Under the pieces are notes generated by a model. The model saw only the letters and a program-made list of their open reading frames with translations. It did no database searches and was not told the origin of the DNA. Below are positions 11,223-22,103 of a stretch of DNA of 37,111 nt, piece by piece; the stretch's first letter is position 1, and each line of letters starts with the position of its first letter. The translations under genes and the position numbers were made by a program. This DNA comes from Craspedostauros australis (taxonomy: Eukaryota): positions 1 through 37,111 of the forward strand of contig JALAGF010000869.1 in the NCBI GenBank assembly GCA_030167865.1, read 5' to 3'.

Positions 11223-11944
11223 GTGAGTTTTCGTATTTCAATGACTTCTAGTCGAATTAGTCCATTATCCGGATGTCCGTGCGATGTCACAGGCGTGGAA
11301 TTCCTCTGCCGTGGTCCGTTTGGCTGTTGCGTGTTTGTCTGCGTGCTGGAGTCTTTTTTGCGCGCTTTGTCGTGTCCCTCTCCGGCGTTCTGCTGGCTGC
11401 CATGCCCCTCTTCTGTTGCGCTTTTGTGGTCTCTTCTTGTGTGTTGTGGCTGGTCATGATACGAGCACAACCCCACCAGCACACCGGCCACAACCGCAAC
11501 AACGACCACGACACCCAACCAAAGGCACGAGGAGGGGAGGAAAGGCACGACACCGGAGGGGCTGACTGACTGACAACGGATCAACTTTTTGCGTCTTGGT
11601 GCCTCTGGATGTTCCTTTGCTGCCGCCCACCATCATAAAACATCTCCCCAAACATCACGCACACAACCAGGAGACATCAGCGCGCCATCAATCAAACAAA
11701 TCAATAGACTGCGCCACGCTCTACTATACCAGTACCCACACCAGGGACGCAGCTTTGCTCACCCATACTCGTACCATACTCGCACGCCCAACATTTGCCT
11801 CCTGCTCACAACATCTGTGACCATCGTTTACCCAAATCATAAAAAAACCAAACCAACCAACCGAACAACCCTTCAAACTGTGTATCCAACGCTCTGGCGG
11901 CGCTTGCCCACCACCCAATCAACCGTCCTGCTCGGCCTTCACAG

Positions 11945-12091
11945 CTTCGATCCAACGACAAACGGGGCCTTTCCGCAGACGAAGCCAAAGAACTGCACAA
12001 GGCAACTGAGCTTGCGATCCAAACCGGCGCCGCAGTTGCCTTCAGCAAGCAGTTCACACAAAAGATCGCCACAGCGTTTGGGAGTCATCAG
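11945..12091 (+). CDS. CNOT1: Candidate internal coding exon of NOT1
   Basis: CCTTCACAG acceptor ending at 11944; 147 nt reading LRSNDKRGLSADEAKELHKATELAIQTGAAVAFSKQFTQKIATAFGSHQ; GTGAGT donor at 12092; phase 0 at both ends. Confidence 0.6.
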
Positions 12092-12820
12092 GTGAGTACT
12101 CTTGCGATCCGTTCCTGATCTACTCTCGGGGTTGGTCTTTCACCGTTGCCTACTGGGACTGCTGCTCCTACTCCTGTTGCGCGTCGATGGCCGTGAAGAG
12201 GATGACGACGACATGGCGTCGCATTGGACTTTGATTGATCAGCGTGCTTGTGGCACATGGTCGGATCCTTGCGTGCCCTTGAGCATCATTGGATCCAAAC
12301 TGGGGCAAAGAGACCACAATCAAGGCTCTGCTGCCGACTACGGTTGCATCATGCAGATCGCTGATCGTACTCTGGGTTGTTACCGCCCACTCGCGGTTCG
12401 ATCTGCGCATCGCGTATCATGTCCATCCTGTCAACCAATCTTCCGCAGATCAACGCTGCAGCAACGACATATCAACCACGTATCAACACCCACCACCACA
12501 ATTACCGTCACCATCACCATCGCTCTTGCTCACACAAAGTGTCTACGTGCTCTATTTTTTTCTTGCCCTCGCTTTGTGCGATTTGCCTCAACTCACATAC
12601 ATCGGACTTGTTCCTCCAAAAACACGCTGCTCCGTGCGCATCGCGGAACGTGCAACAACACCCACGCAATTCGTTGTCATGATGACAATGACACTCCCAC
12701 ACCACACCCCATCTCTGCTTCACCATCGTGATGCTCACTTCGTCAATTCCAACTCCACACCCAACACCATGACGATGACGATGCCGATGCCAACAACAAC
12801 GTTGATGTAATCTCCCGAAG

Positions 12821-15800
12821 GAATTCAAACGACCGATCTACCAGACCTCGGTGCTGGTGGAGAAGCTCAACAGGAGCGGCGGGACAATGGATTTATCCAC
12901 GTCGGGAGACACGCTTGGGGCGCTGGTGAATGGTGTCGCAAACAGAGTGTCCCCGACCGATTCATCTGATGGGGTTGCCAAGATCCTGGACGATGTCGGT
13001 CCAGCATGCACGCGCAGCCCCACCACCTTTCGTGAAACGCTGACCATGGTGACCTCAGCATCACCCAACGGAATCGATGAAGCAGCCATGGCTCGGATCA
13101 TCTACTTCCTGTCGAAGAAGACGACCACAGGGAACGGAACGGAGCTAGGCGCCGCGTCCACTTCGCTGCTGGGCAGTCTGATGCCAGGTCAACCGCAAGC
13201 CACTGCTGCTGGCAATGAGTGGAACCTGGATGCCGTGACTCAGGTCCTCGGGCAGGATTACTCCACCATGAACTGGGTCAAGGTGGCCATGGCATGGGAC
13301 TTTGCAGAATTCACAATCAAATCGCCTGTCCAATTCAAATCGCTGATGAAGCTGTATAGAAGCGGGGCGAAGATCGACCCGCCAGCCAACGTCCTGACAG
13401 CCCCATGGAAGAACTCTGCGGGGCAGCTGTCGTTGATGGAGACCATCATGACCGCAGGGCAGGGCAACTACAGCATCCCGCTCGACGAGGAGGAGATGGC
13501 GGACGCAGCCACGGCATCGGCAGCCGCTTCTGCTGTCAACCCACACTTCTTCGCCTCCATGGGCATCCTGAACAGATTGCTTTGCGTCTCCGACACCCCG
13601 GCACTCTACCACTACGTCCGTGAAATATTCGTGAAGGGCCTTTACAGCTGTCCGGAAGTCCTGCTGTGCGCGTTGGTCCGTCTTCAATTGAACGTCGCCA
13701 GCGTGGCGGCAAGTGCCAATGCAAATGGCGCGGCTGGCAAGAACCAGAACAACAACCCACGAGGGTTGACAAATGCCGGGACTCAAATCAAGAGCGAGCT
13801 CATGATGGACCTGATCCCTCTCTTCTTCCGTCCCAACGCAGCGCACAGGGTGCAAAACGCACCGGCAGCGTTGCGACGCCTTTACTCCATCTCCCCCAAC
13901 ACTGTCACAGCTGCTTGCTTCAAGGCGTGGGGGAGCACGACAGGCGATACACCACAAACCCAGCTCGCCGTCATCATCCACATCATCAACATCGCCAGGT
14001 GGTTGCCATCCCCCGCCGAAGCCGTGGCATCGCTGCTGAATGGATTGTTCGATCCAGAATTCAGTGTGGCGATTGCATTTGTGATGGCCGACAATGACTA
14101 CCTCCAGTTGAAACCCTGGTTGGAAGAAGAGCTGTCGCAAAAGACTCCTGCAGTGGCGTTTGCGGGCGTGTTGGTGCGGTACCTGGCGAGGCACTACGCA
14201 GGTGCAGCACCACGCAACAACGAAAACAGGAGCGCAGGTCCGCTCGTGAGTTTGGAGAACATGACCATATCCCTCCTCGTTCTCAAGACTCTGGACAGCG
14301 CCACTCTGGCGCCACCCGATGCGAGCGAAGCCATCAAATCCGCAGCAAGCACCCTCGTGGGCAACGTCAGCACAGTCATCGAAGCGTGCATGCGGTTATT
14401 CCCAACCCTTCGCACCACGCTGTCTAACGACGCGAACGCCAATGCATCAGACGAACCGGGAACATCGGACGACGTCGAAGAGATGGCCACCACGTACTTC
14501 CAGCAGATCTACACCGCGGAGCAGAGCATCGGAGAAGTCGTGGAGATGCTCAGCCGATTCAAATCGTCGGGCAATTCCAGAGAGAACGACATCTTCGCGT
14601 GCATGGTCCACAACCTCTTTGACGAGTACCGCTTCTACTCGCGATACCCCGCACGGGAACTGCGAATCACCGGAATCCTCTTCGGAACGCTCATCCAAGA
14701 GCAGCTTGTGAGCAACATCACGCTTGGCATCGCTCTGCGGTACGTGCTCGAGGCATTGCGAAAGCAACCGTCGCCACCAGGTTCGACGACCAGCAGCGGC
14801 AAGATGTTCAAGTTCGGAATGTATGCGCTGGAGCAATTCAAAAGCCGCCTCCACGAATGGCCGCAATACTGCTCCCACATTGTGCAGATCGAGCATTTGA
14901 GAGAAGGATACGCCGACCTCGTGCGGGAGATTGAGGAAGCGATGGCAGAAAGCCAGAACAGGGCCAATGCGCCGGCTGGAGCACCTGCTGCCGGGCCTGT
15001 TGGTGCACCGGGCGCTGCCCCAGGGAGCGACGCTGCCTCCGTCTCCAGCGGAGTCACACCAGTGTCAGCAGCCGCGGCTCCTGGCTCAGGCGCGGCCGGA
15101 CCTGGAGCATCTCGCATCGGCACAGCCACGCGGCCAATGCCATCCAATGGTGCGGTTGCGAGAAACAGCGGACTGAACCCCGGGACAACAACGTCCCAAA
15201 CGGCACCATCCGCAGTCGCATCCTTGGCCCAGGATCGCCCCCTGCCACAGGGCGTCCCTGGGTCGTTGTCAGCCAACGCCTTGAACCATGCAGTCAATGC
15301 ATCAGAGCTGCGGGTCCCCGTCACCGCCATCAAGACTCCACCTCGAGTCGCGAAGTTCGGTCCCAACCTCGGGCGAGCGGTCACCAACTACTCCGACGAA
15401 GATCGTGAATTTGAAGCGCCGGAGGACAAGGTGTTGGATCGAATTCAGCTCCTGCTGAACAACCTCGCGCCATCCAACGTCGAGGCGAAGGCGCAAGAAC
15501 TGAAGGAGATGCTTGATCCCGAGTACTTTGGCTGGTTGGGTCACTTCTTGGTTGTGAAACGGATCAGCACCCAGGTGAACTTCCACTCCCTATACCTGGC
15601 GTTGCTGGACCATCTAGGAGAATATGGAAGGGGCCTCATCGAAGCCAGCTTGGAAAGTGTGTTCCACTATGTTGGGAAGCTCTTGCGCTCCCCGAAGATC
15701 ACCACGTCCACCACAGAACGCTTGTACTTGAAAAACCTGGGCATCTGGCTTGGGCAAATCACCCTGGCACGCAATCGCCCAATTTTGCAGATCATGTTGG

Positions 15801-18800
15801 ATTGCAAGGAGCTGCTGCTGCAGGGTTACGAGACCGGAAAGCTCATCGCAGTCGCGCCCTTCTTGGCCAAGACGCTGAAGGGTGCGCAGAACTCTGTTGT
15901 CTTCCGCCCTCCAAATCCGTGGTTGATGGGACTCCTTGGGGTCTTCCGTTCCGTCTACAACGTCGAAGGTCTGACGATGAACTTCAAGTTCGAAGTTGAG
16001 GTTCTTTGCAGGAACCTGAACATTCGCTTGGAGGACATCCCCCTTCAAGATGCCGAGCTGCAGAAGCGCATTACCCCAATCAAAGAGAAGAATCCGGATT
16101 TCAATATCCGGTCAACAAGCACAGCACAGAACAGCACATCGTCCACGGGAAGCTCACATTCCCGCACATCTCTCGATGCCCGCTCTGGAAGTGGCCCAGC
16201 GAGCGACAGCCGCTCCGTCACCGATGGCAGCGAAGCATCGCAAGCCGAAACTGTGATTCCGAATCTCGCTGCATACGTCACGGTCAACCCAAATCTCACC
16301 CAGCTCCTGAAGCAGGCTTCTCGGGGAGCAGATTCGGTCTTGGCGAGCTTGACGAGCGAATCATTGAAGCGTTCCGTGCCGATCGCAGTCGATCGTGCCA
16401 TTCGTGAGATCATCTCGCCTGTGGTGGAGCGCAGCGTAGGCATCGCAAAGATCACCACGAAGGAGATCGTGTCGAAGGATTTCGCCATGGAAAGTGACGA
16501 GACGCGAATGCGCCGTGCTGGCCAGCTGATGGTGGCAAACCTTGCGGGAAGCTTGGCATTGGTGTCATGCCGCGAGCCACTCCGATCCAGCGTCTCCACG
16601 CACTTGCGCCAGCTGCTCACGAGCGGCGCCGGTGGGAGCGACAAGCTGTCCGAGCAGGATCAAGCAATCATCGAACAATGCGTGCAGATCTGCGCCACTG
16701 ACAATTTGGAGTTGGGATGCATGCTGATCGAGAAAGCGGCAACCGAGAAGGCTGTGCGCGATGTGGATGAAGCGCTCGCTCCAGCTCTGAACGCACGCCG
16801 CAAGCACCGTGAGCAAACAGGACAACCGTTCTACGACCTCTCCATCTTCGGGGCTCGCAACCAGTCTTACCCCAGAGCATTGCCAGATCAGCTCCGTCCA
16901 ACCCCTGGAGGATTGCGTAACGAGCACTTTCAACTCTACGAATCCTTTCAGCGCATGCCACGCCAGAACCCCGCGGCCGCGTCGGGCTCCGCAGGAACAC
17001 CCGGCATGGGAGTCAATCGCGTCGGTGCCCCAGCCGCTGGAAACATCGCGCCCGAATCCGACCCCAACTCTTCTGCGCAGCGTGTCGCAGGAACGCAACA
17101 GTCCGGCGTCGAGGCGCTGTCAGTCCTGGCCAATAGACTTGACAGCACGGTCACTTCGCTTCTGTCTGCTGCCGGCTCCCGGGCCCCCGAAATCAAGCTC
17201 TCGATGTTGCGTCCTGAACACCAGATCAACCAGATCTTGGCAGCCGTGAAGCAGGTCATGCCAAACATGTCAAGCACCGGACGTACCAGAGACCTCTCCC
17301 AAAGCGAGCAAGAGGCTGTGTTGGGATTCTCACAGGGTATCTTCAAGCGCCTGTACGAGCTCAGCCTGTCGGAGCCATTGCGTTTGGAGGCACTCGTAGC
17401 GTTGTTGGAGGGCATCAACATGTCTTGCCCGCGACTGGGAACGGACATCGGCACTTGGGCGACGTACGCTCCTACCAACACCGAAGGCCAACGCCGTCTT
17501 CATCGCACCGTCTTGCTCTTGCTGATCCGCAGCAACCTTCTAGCCGTGAATGAGCTCGATACTTTCCTGGCGGCAAGGGCAGACAATGGCCGCAACGCGA
17601 TCTGGGTCGATTTCTCGCAGGTCTTCATCCGCACAGCGCTCATGGAACGAATCTCCGTGCCATCAGACTTCCCCAGGCTCATCGAGCTGATGACCAGAAT
17701 TGCGGACGGGCGCAGTCAGGCGAGCGCACAGGTGATCCAGTCGTACAGAAAGCCCATTCTCCGAATGCTGGAAGAAACGCGCGTGCGTTCCGCAAACGAG
17801 GAGGCTGCACGCAATCAGGCAGGCACGGCATCTACCCCATCATCGGCATCACCATCGCCAGTGCCGTCAGGCGCCTCGAATGTTCTTCCTGGCGCCGGCA
17901 CAGCCCCAGGGCCAGCCGCGATGCAACCACAGATTCCAGTCGCAGGTCACGCCGTCAACAACAGCAACGTCAACACAAACACAAACAATATCGTCAACAT
18001 CGGTAGCAGCAGCAACAGTGTCACCAGCACCAGCAGCAAGCCCGACGCGCCGCTCGGAGAAATCAGCAGCCTCTCGACTCTCTCGTTGCTGAACATGGCG
18101 CAGGCTCTTCAAAAAATCGCCGAGGCTACCGACGAATTCACCAAGAACGACCCCCAAGGAGCAGTCCAGCAAGTGACCTCGTTCATTGACAGCTGGATTC
18201 GTCTTTACACGGAGAAGTCTGGGAATGAAAAGGGCATGGCTCCGTTCCTCCAGGTTCTTGACCAATTCGGAGTTGGGAAGATCGGGGTGCACACAGAGCG
18301 CTTCATTCGTTTGGCGACGTGCATCGTGGTAGAAGCATCAATGAAGAATGTGGCTGCGGTGCCAGCTTCTGCGGCAGGGGCCAACGGCGCTGGCGCACCG
18401 GCGCGTGCTGCCATCAACCACAACGTGATCGATCTGTATTCCAAGCTGCTCCTTTTCATGTTCCGTCATCTCAACACGGCCGGAAGTGCCGAGCAGGTTG
18501 CGGTGCAACGCCTGAGCATGCTGAACAAGATCCTGAGCGTGATCATCCGAACCATGATGTGGTCATACGAAAAGTCAACCCGCGAAGGGGCAAATCCACA
18601 GCGTTGGGATCAACGACCGTGGTTCCGCATCTTGCTGAACCTCATCATGGACGTGAACAAGCCGGATCCGGCACTCGAACCGATGCGGCTGACGATCCTG
18701 AGTGTGTTCGGCGCAGCGATGCATGTCTGCCAACCGCTCGTGATGCCCAGCTTCGCCTTCTCTTGGTTCGAGCTGGTGTCTCACCGTCACTTCCTCCCCA

Positions 18801-19759
18801 ATCTGCTTCTCGCACCCGATCGGAAGGGCTGGTCGGTTGCTCATGAGTTGCTGATTGACTACTTCCTCTTCCTCGAACCGCATCTCAAACGTGGTCAGAT
18901 GACGCCGGCCATCAAGAAGCTGTACGAGGGCACATTGAGAGTGCTCCTCGTTCTCTTGCATGACTTCCCATCATTCCTCGTCGTGTACCATCTCTCTTTC
19001 TGCAACGTGATTCCAGACACATGTGTGCAGCTGCGCAATCTAGTCCTCGCCGCGAGCCCGAAGGGCATGTCTCCACCAGACCCGTTCACCCCAAATCTCA
19101 AGATCGATCTCTTGCCTGAGATCCAGCAGAGTCCGATGATCTTATCCAACCTGCTGGGCCCGATCGAGAGGATCCGCCCCCATCTGGATGGATACCTGAA
19201 GGACGGACAGGTAAGGAACTTCCTCAACAGCCTGCCCTCCATGCTAACGAAGGAGGGCAACGGGAAGGAGATCGACGTGTCCAGCGTCAACTCCCTCGTG
19301 CTGTACGTCGGCATGCACGCGCTGGCCCGAATCCAGAACGGACAAATCTCTCTGTCCCGAACCCCCGAAATCGAAGTCTTCAAGAAGCTGATGGAGTTCA
19401 ACGACCAAGGACGGTACATCTGCTTGAACGCGATTGCCGACCAGCTTCGCTACCCATCCAGCCACACGCACTACTTCTCGTGCGTCATGCTGTACCTCTT
19501 CAGCGAAAGCAACGACGTGGGAGTCAAGGAGCAGGTGACGCGCGTCCTCCTCGAGCGGTTGATCCTTCATCGACCACACCCGTGGGGTCTTCTCATCACC
19601 TTCATCGAGCTGATCAAGAATCAACGATACGCATTCTGGTCTTATTCGTTCACCCGCTGCGCCACCGAGATTGAGAAAGTGTTCGAAAGCGTCGCGAGAT
19701 CGTGCATGCCCCCTACCGGATCTCAACGATCCACGGTGACAGCAGGAGGCGACGAGTAA
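12821..19759 (+). CDS. CNOT1: CCR4-NOT transcription complex subunit 1 (NOT1), main ~6.9 kb exon
   Basis: TTP-binding region (FACMVHNLFDEYRFYSRYPARELRITGILFG), CAF1-binding MIF4G (LDRIQLLLNNLAPSNVEAK; FRPPNPWLMGLL), DUF3819 (AVDRAIREIISPVVERSV) and the C-terminal NOT1 domain (PDPFTPNLKIDLLPEI; LRYPSSHTHYFS; RPHPWGLLITFIELIKN). Phase-0 acceptors end at 12820 (AAG) or 12844 (CAG). Confidence 0.97.
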   Translation, partial: EFKRPIYQTSVLVEKLNRSGGTMDLSTSGDTLGALVNGVANRVSPTDSSDGVAKILDDVGPACTRSPTTFRETLTMVTSASPNGIDEAAMARIIYFLSKKTTTGNGTELGAASTSLLGSLMPGQPQATAAGNEWNLDAVTQVLGQDYSTMNWVKVAMAWDFAEFTIKSPVQFKSLMKLYRSGAKIDPPANVLTAPWKNSAGQLSLMETIMTAGQGNYSIPLDEEEMADAATASAAASAVNPHFFASMGILNRLLCVSDTPALYHYVREIFVKGLYSCPEVLLCALVRLQLNVASVAASANANGAAGKNQNNNPRGLTNAGTQIKSELMMDLIPLFFRPNAAHRVQNAPAALRRLYSISPNTVTAACFKAWGSTTGDTPQTQLAVIIHIINIARWLPSPAEAVASLLNGLFDPEFSVAIAFVMADNDYLQLKPWLEEELSQKTPAVAFAGVLVRYLARHYAGAAPRNNENRSAGPLVSLENMTISLLVLKTLDSATLAPPDASEAIKSAASTLVGNVSTVIEACMRLFPTLRTTLSNDANANASDEPGTSDDVEEMATTYFQQIYTAEQSIGEVVEMLSRFKSSGNSRENDIFACMVHNLFDEYRFYSRYPARELRITGILFGTLIQEQLVSNITLGIALRYVLEALRKQPSPPGSTTSSGKMFKFGMYALEQFKSRLHEWPQYCSHIVQIEHLREGYADLVREIEEAMAESQNRANAPAGAPAAGPVGAPGAAPGSDAASVSSGVTPVSAAAAPGSGAAGPGASRIGTATRPMPSNGAVARNSGLNPGTTTSQTAPSAVASLAQDRPLPQGVPGSLSANALNHAVNASELRVPVTAIKTPPRVAKFGPNLGRAVTNYSDEDREFEAPEDKVLDRIQLLLNNLAPSNVEAKAQELKEMLDPEYFGWLGHFLVVKRISTQVNFHSLYLALLDHLGEYGRGLIEASLESVFHYVGKLLRSPKITTSTTERLYLKNLGIWLGQITLARNRPILQIMLDCKELLLQGYETGKLIAVAPFLAKTLKGAQNSVVFRPPNPWLMGLLGVFRSVYNVEGLTMNFKFEVEVLCRNLNIRLEDIPLQDAELQKRITPIKEKNPDFNIRSTSTAQNSTSSTGSSHSRTSLDARSGSGPASDSRSVTDGSEASQAETVIPNLAAYVTVNPNLTQLLKQASRGADSVLASLTSESLKRSVPIAVDRAIREIISPVVERSVGIAKITTKEIVSKDFAMESDETRMRRAGQLMVANLAGSLALVSCREPLRSSVSTHLRQLLTSGAGGSDKLSEQDQAIIEQCVQICATDNLELGCMLIEKAATEKAVRDVDEALAPALNARRKHREQTGQPFYDLSIFGARNQSYPRALPDQLRPTPGGLRNEHFQLYESFQRMPRQNPAAASGSAGTPGMGVNRVGAPAAGNIAPESDPNSSAQRVAGTQQSGVEALSVLANRLDSTVTSLLSAAGSRAPEIKLSMLRPEHQINQILAAVKQVMPNMSSTGRTRDLSQSEQEAVLGFSQGIFKRLYELSLSEPLRLEALVALLEGINMSCPRLGTDIGTWATYAPTNTEGQRRLHRTVLLLLIRSNLLAVNELDTFLAARADNGRNAIWVDFSQVFIRTALMERISVPSDFPRLIELMTRIADGRSQASAQVIQSYRKPILRMLEETRVRSANEEAARNQAGTASTPSSASPSPVPSGASNVLPGAGTAPGPAAMQPQIPVAGHAVNNSNVNTNTNNIVNIGSSSNSVTSTSSKPDAPLGEISSLSTLSLLNMAQALQKIAEATDEFTKNDPQGAVQQVTSFIDSWIRLYTEKSGNEKGMAPFLQVLDQFGVGKIGVHTERFIRLATCIVVEASMKNVAAVPASAAGANGAGAPARAAINHNVIDLYSKLLLFMFRHLNTAGSAEQVAVQRLSMLNKILSVIIRTMMWSYEKSTREGANPQRWDQRPWFRILLNLIMDVNKPDPALEPMRLTILSVFGAAMHVCQPLVMPSFAFSWFELVSHRHFLPNLLLAPDRKGWSVAHELLIDYFLFLEPHLKRGQMTPAIKKLYEGTLRVLLVLLHDFPSFLVVYHLSFCNVIPDTCVQLRNLVLAASPKGMSPPDPFTPNLKIDLLPEIQQSPMILSNLLGPIERIRPHLDGYLKDGQVRNFLNSLPSMLTKEGNGKEIDVSSVNSLVLYVGMHALARIQNGQISLSRTPEIEVFKKLMEFNDQGRYICLNAIADQLRYPSSHTHYFSCVMLYLFSESNDVGVKEQVTRVLLERLILHRPHPWGLLITFIELIKNQRYAFWSYSFTRCATEIEKVFESVARSCMPPTGSQRSTVTAGGDE

Positions 19760-20639
19760 GGACTCGGCATCTCGGCACAGGTACATCCATGAATGTGCTG
19801 TCCTCGCCACTGCATAGGTACATTCATGCACGAATTGTTGGAGGTGGTGCCAATGGTATCACTGAGAGACCTGATAGCGGTAATGAGGATGGGAATGATG
19901 TTCTGAGGATAGAAGGAACCATGCACGGATAGATCCTCGAAGGAGCGAACGAGCAAACAAACGACTGGATTCTCCATCGATACCAAGTCCACTTTCGTCC
20001 AGGGAAACGGAACATAACGGGCTATGGGACAGATGGAAAGCTACTCAACCTCCCTTTACTGTACAAAACAATCATTCAACAACAACAACAACGCACGAAC
20101 CAATCAAAATCAAATCGAAATCAAGCAGCGTATCACATCGCAAAGAATTGTGAGACGAGCAACCCAGCAGCAACAGGAGTCTGCTGTCGCGAACCAATAC
20201 ATCGGGAAAGAACTTTCATACAAACTACCAATAAAAATACATCTGCATATGTACACCACTCCGCTGGTCTGTCTGTTTCATACTGTGTGATCATGGACCA
20301 TTCTTGAACACATAGCACTTTGATTCCATACTGCTTTAACCGTCCTGTCGATCGGAAATCTCTTACCTAGTTGGAGTGAAGGTTGTCTGGAAAAGATGTT
20401 GTACCTTGAGTTGTGTGTACTAGCTACGCAGAGCAGAGAGTGGCAACATGCGACGATCATGCAAGGATGCCAACAACGCTTCCCTGCACTGTACCCTTTC
20501 AAAATCTACTCCATAGTCGTACCTATGTGCATCATTCGTGCGTGTGCGCGGTGTGTACCGATACTACCATACGTAGATTATTCTATTGAGTGGCCATTCC
20601 TTTATCGCATCATATGATGTATCATATCACCAATGCTTT

Positions 20640-21515
20640 TTAAATTGCCTGTTGCGCTGGCATCGGCTGCTCAATGCGATATGTCAGCTCGAGTTCTGTC
20701 TGCTGCGCCCACACTAAGCGTTGGATAAAGCCAAGGCTCACTTCATCACCAAGCGGAACGTCATTGCACATGATCTCAATGTTCATCGCTTCGTCTTGGA
20801 ACTGCATGCGCAAGTACTTCTTCACTTGGCTCATCTTCATCTTCTTTGATACGCTGAGGCATGGGTGTGTCAGCGGCCTCGACGGTCGCTGCCGTTGCGA
20901 TCCTGTTGCTCTGGCGGGTAGCAGGATGACGTCGATTTCGCTTTGGGCATCAGCTTCGCCATCCGCATTGTTGCCGGCAGAACTACTGCTGTTGCTACCA
21001 TTCCCACCGTGCGACGATCGGCTGGTATGCGATGATTTGTGGGCCCTTTTCCGTTTCGGAGAATCTGTTGATCGCACCGAACGTTGCTTCGAGGTCGGGT
21101 CATCGCCGCCAGTAGATCTCTTCGCACCGCCAGAACCGCCTTCTTGTGCAGCAGCATGTTCCGGCTTCATCTGAATGCCTTGCTCCTTGTAGAACTGGAC
21201 CTCCTGGTGGTCTTCCTCCCTGCGGACTTCCGGCATAATGATCGTGTCGACCAGCCGCTGCATGGAGAAGTCGAGCGCTGCGAACTTCTCCACATCATTC
21301 CCCAGGTACACCTTGCAGATGACGCAGTAGTTGCAACCGGCCGCGGTCGCATAATACAGGCATGACTTGCAGAAGGTGTGCAAGCACTCGGTCACCGTGT
21401 ACGGCTCCTTGTAATACCCCGAGCACAACCGGCAAAGCAAGTGCTCGTGGATGCCGCGCAACGAGAACTCCACCTCCTGCTTTGATTGGTTCTGACTTGG
21501 AGTGTTGGTCGTCAT
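20640..21515 (-). CDS. PCGF: Polycomb group RING finger (PCGF/BMI1/Psc-like) protein with C-terminal RAWUL-like domain
   Basis: C3HC4 RING LLCRLCSGYYKEPYTVTECLHTFCKSCL...CVIC, followed by DFSMQRLV (cf. DKTLQDIV). C-terminal ubiquitin-like segment MKMSQVKKYL...IEIMCNDVPLGDEVSLGFIQRLVW...LELTYR. Confidence 0.85.
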   Translation of the reverse strand: MTTNTPSQNQSKQEVEFSLRGIHEHLLCRLCSGYYKEPYTVTECLHTFCKSCLYYATAAGCNYCVICKVYLGNDVEKFAALDFSMQRLVDTIIMPEVRREEDHQEVQFYKEQGIQMKPEHAAAQEGGSGGAKRSTGGDDPTSKQRSVRSTDSPKRKRAHKSSHTSRSSHGGNGSNSSSSAGNNADGEADAQSEIDVILLPARATGSQRQRPSRPLTHPCLSVSKKMKMSQVKKYLRMQFQDEAMNIEIMCNDVPLGDEVSLGFIQRLVWAQQTELELTYRIEQPMPAQQAI

Positions 21516-22025
21516 GGTGCCCTTACTCCCTTGCCTTTGTTGGTCAGATGTATGTAATCATTGTGTCGCACTGTCATCATCACCGCTTGTTGGTGATGGC
21601 AGGGGCGAAGGCGGAAACATCTCCACATTTCGGCACAAAGCAATCTGCGGCTAGCTGCTATGAAATTCTGGTTTTCCCCGTGCGTCCTCCACGCTGCTCC
21701 AAATTGTCGTGGAAACACTAATAAATCCACGTTTTCAGCGATTTCGAAATAGCACAGAGGTAGACTTCGCAAAATCATGTCGTTCTTGGGGATCTCCAGG
21801 TTTGGGTGTCAACCGTCACCGTCACCGTCACCGCCATCAGCATCACAAGATCGATCAATGCACTTCGTTGCGTCTCCACCACAGCGCAGCATAGAGCAGA
21901 GCGGAGCAGCGCAACATCACACCACGCAACAACAGTATACTCCGCTGCATCGTCACAGTCTCTGCAATCCCTCCAAAGCGCAAGGACAGAGTGCGAGAGC
22001 GATAAAGCACACGTACCACCTGAAG

Positions 22026-22074
22026 AACATAACATAACAGAACATAACATAACATAACATAACATAACATAACA
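22026..22074. repeat. (AACAT)n pentanucleotide microsatellite
   Basis: About ten AACAT/AACAG units immediately upstream of the DUF3228 gene. Confidence 0.9.
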
Positions 22075-22103
22075 GAAAAAGGCAGCATCAGTGACGACCG
22101 TCG

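Noticed and set aside
12391..12407. GGTTCGATC, resembling a tRNA T-loop
   Set aside because: No D-arm, acceptor stem or correct loop size
13145..19831. Long antisense ORFs within NOT1, up to 349 aa
   Set aside because: Shadow ORFs expected from GC-rich codon usage on the coding strand
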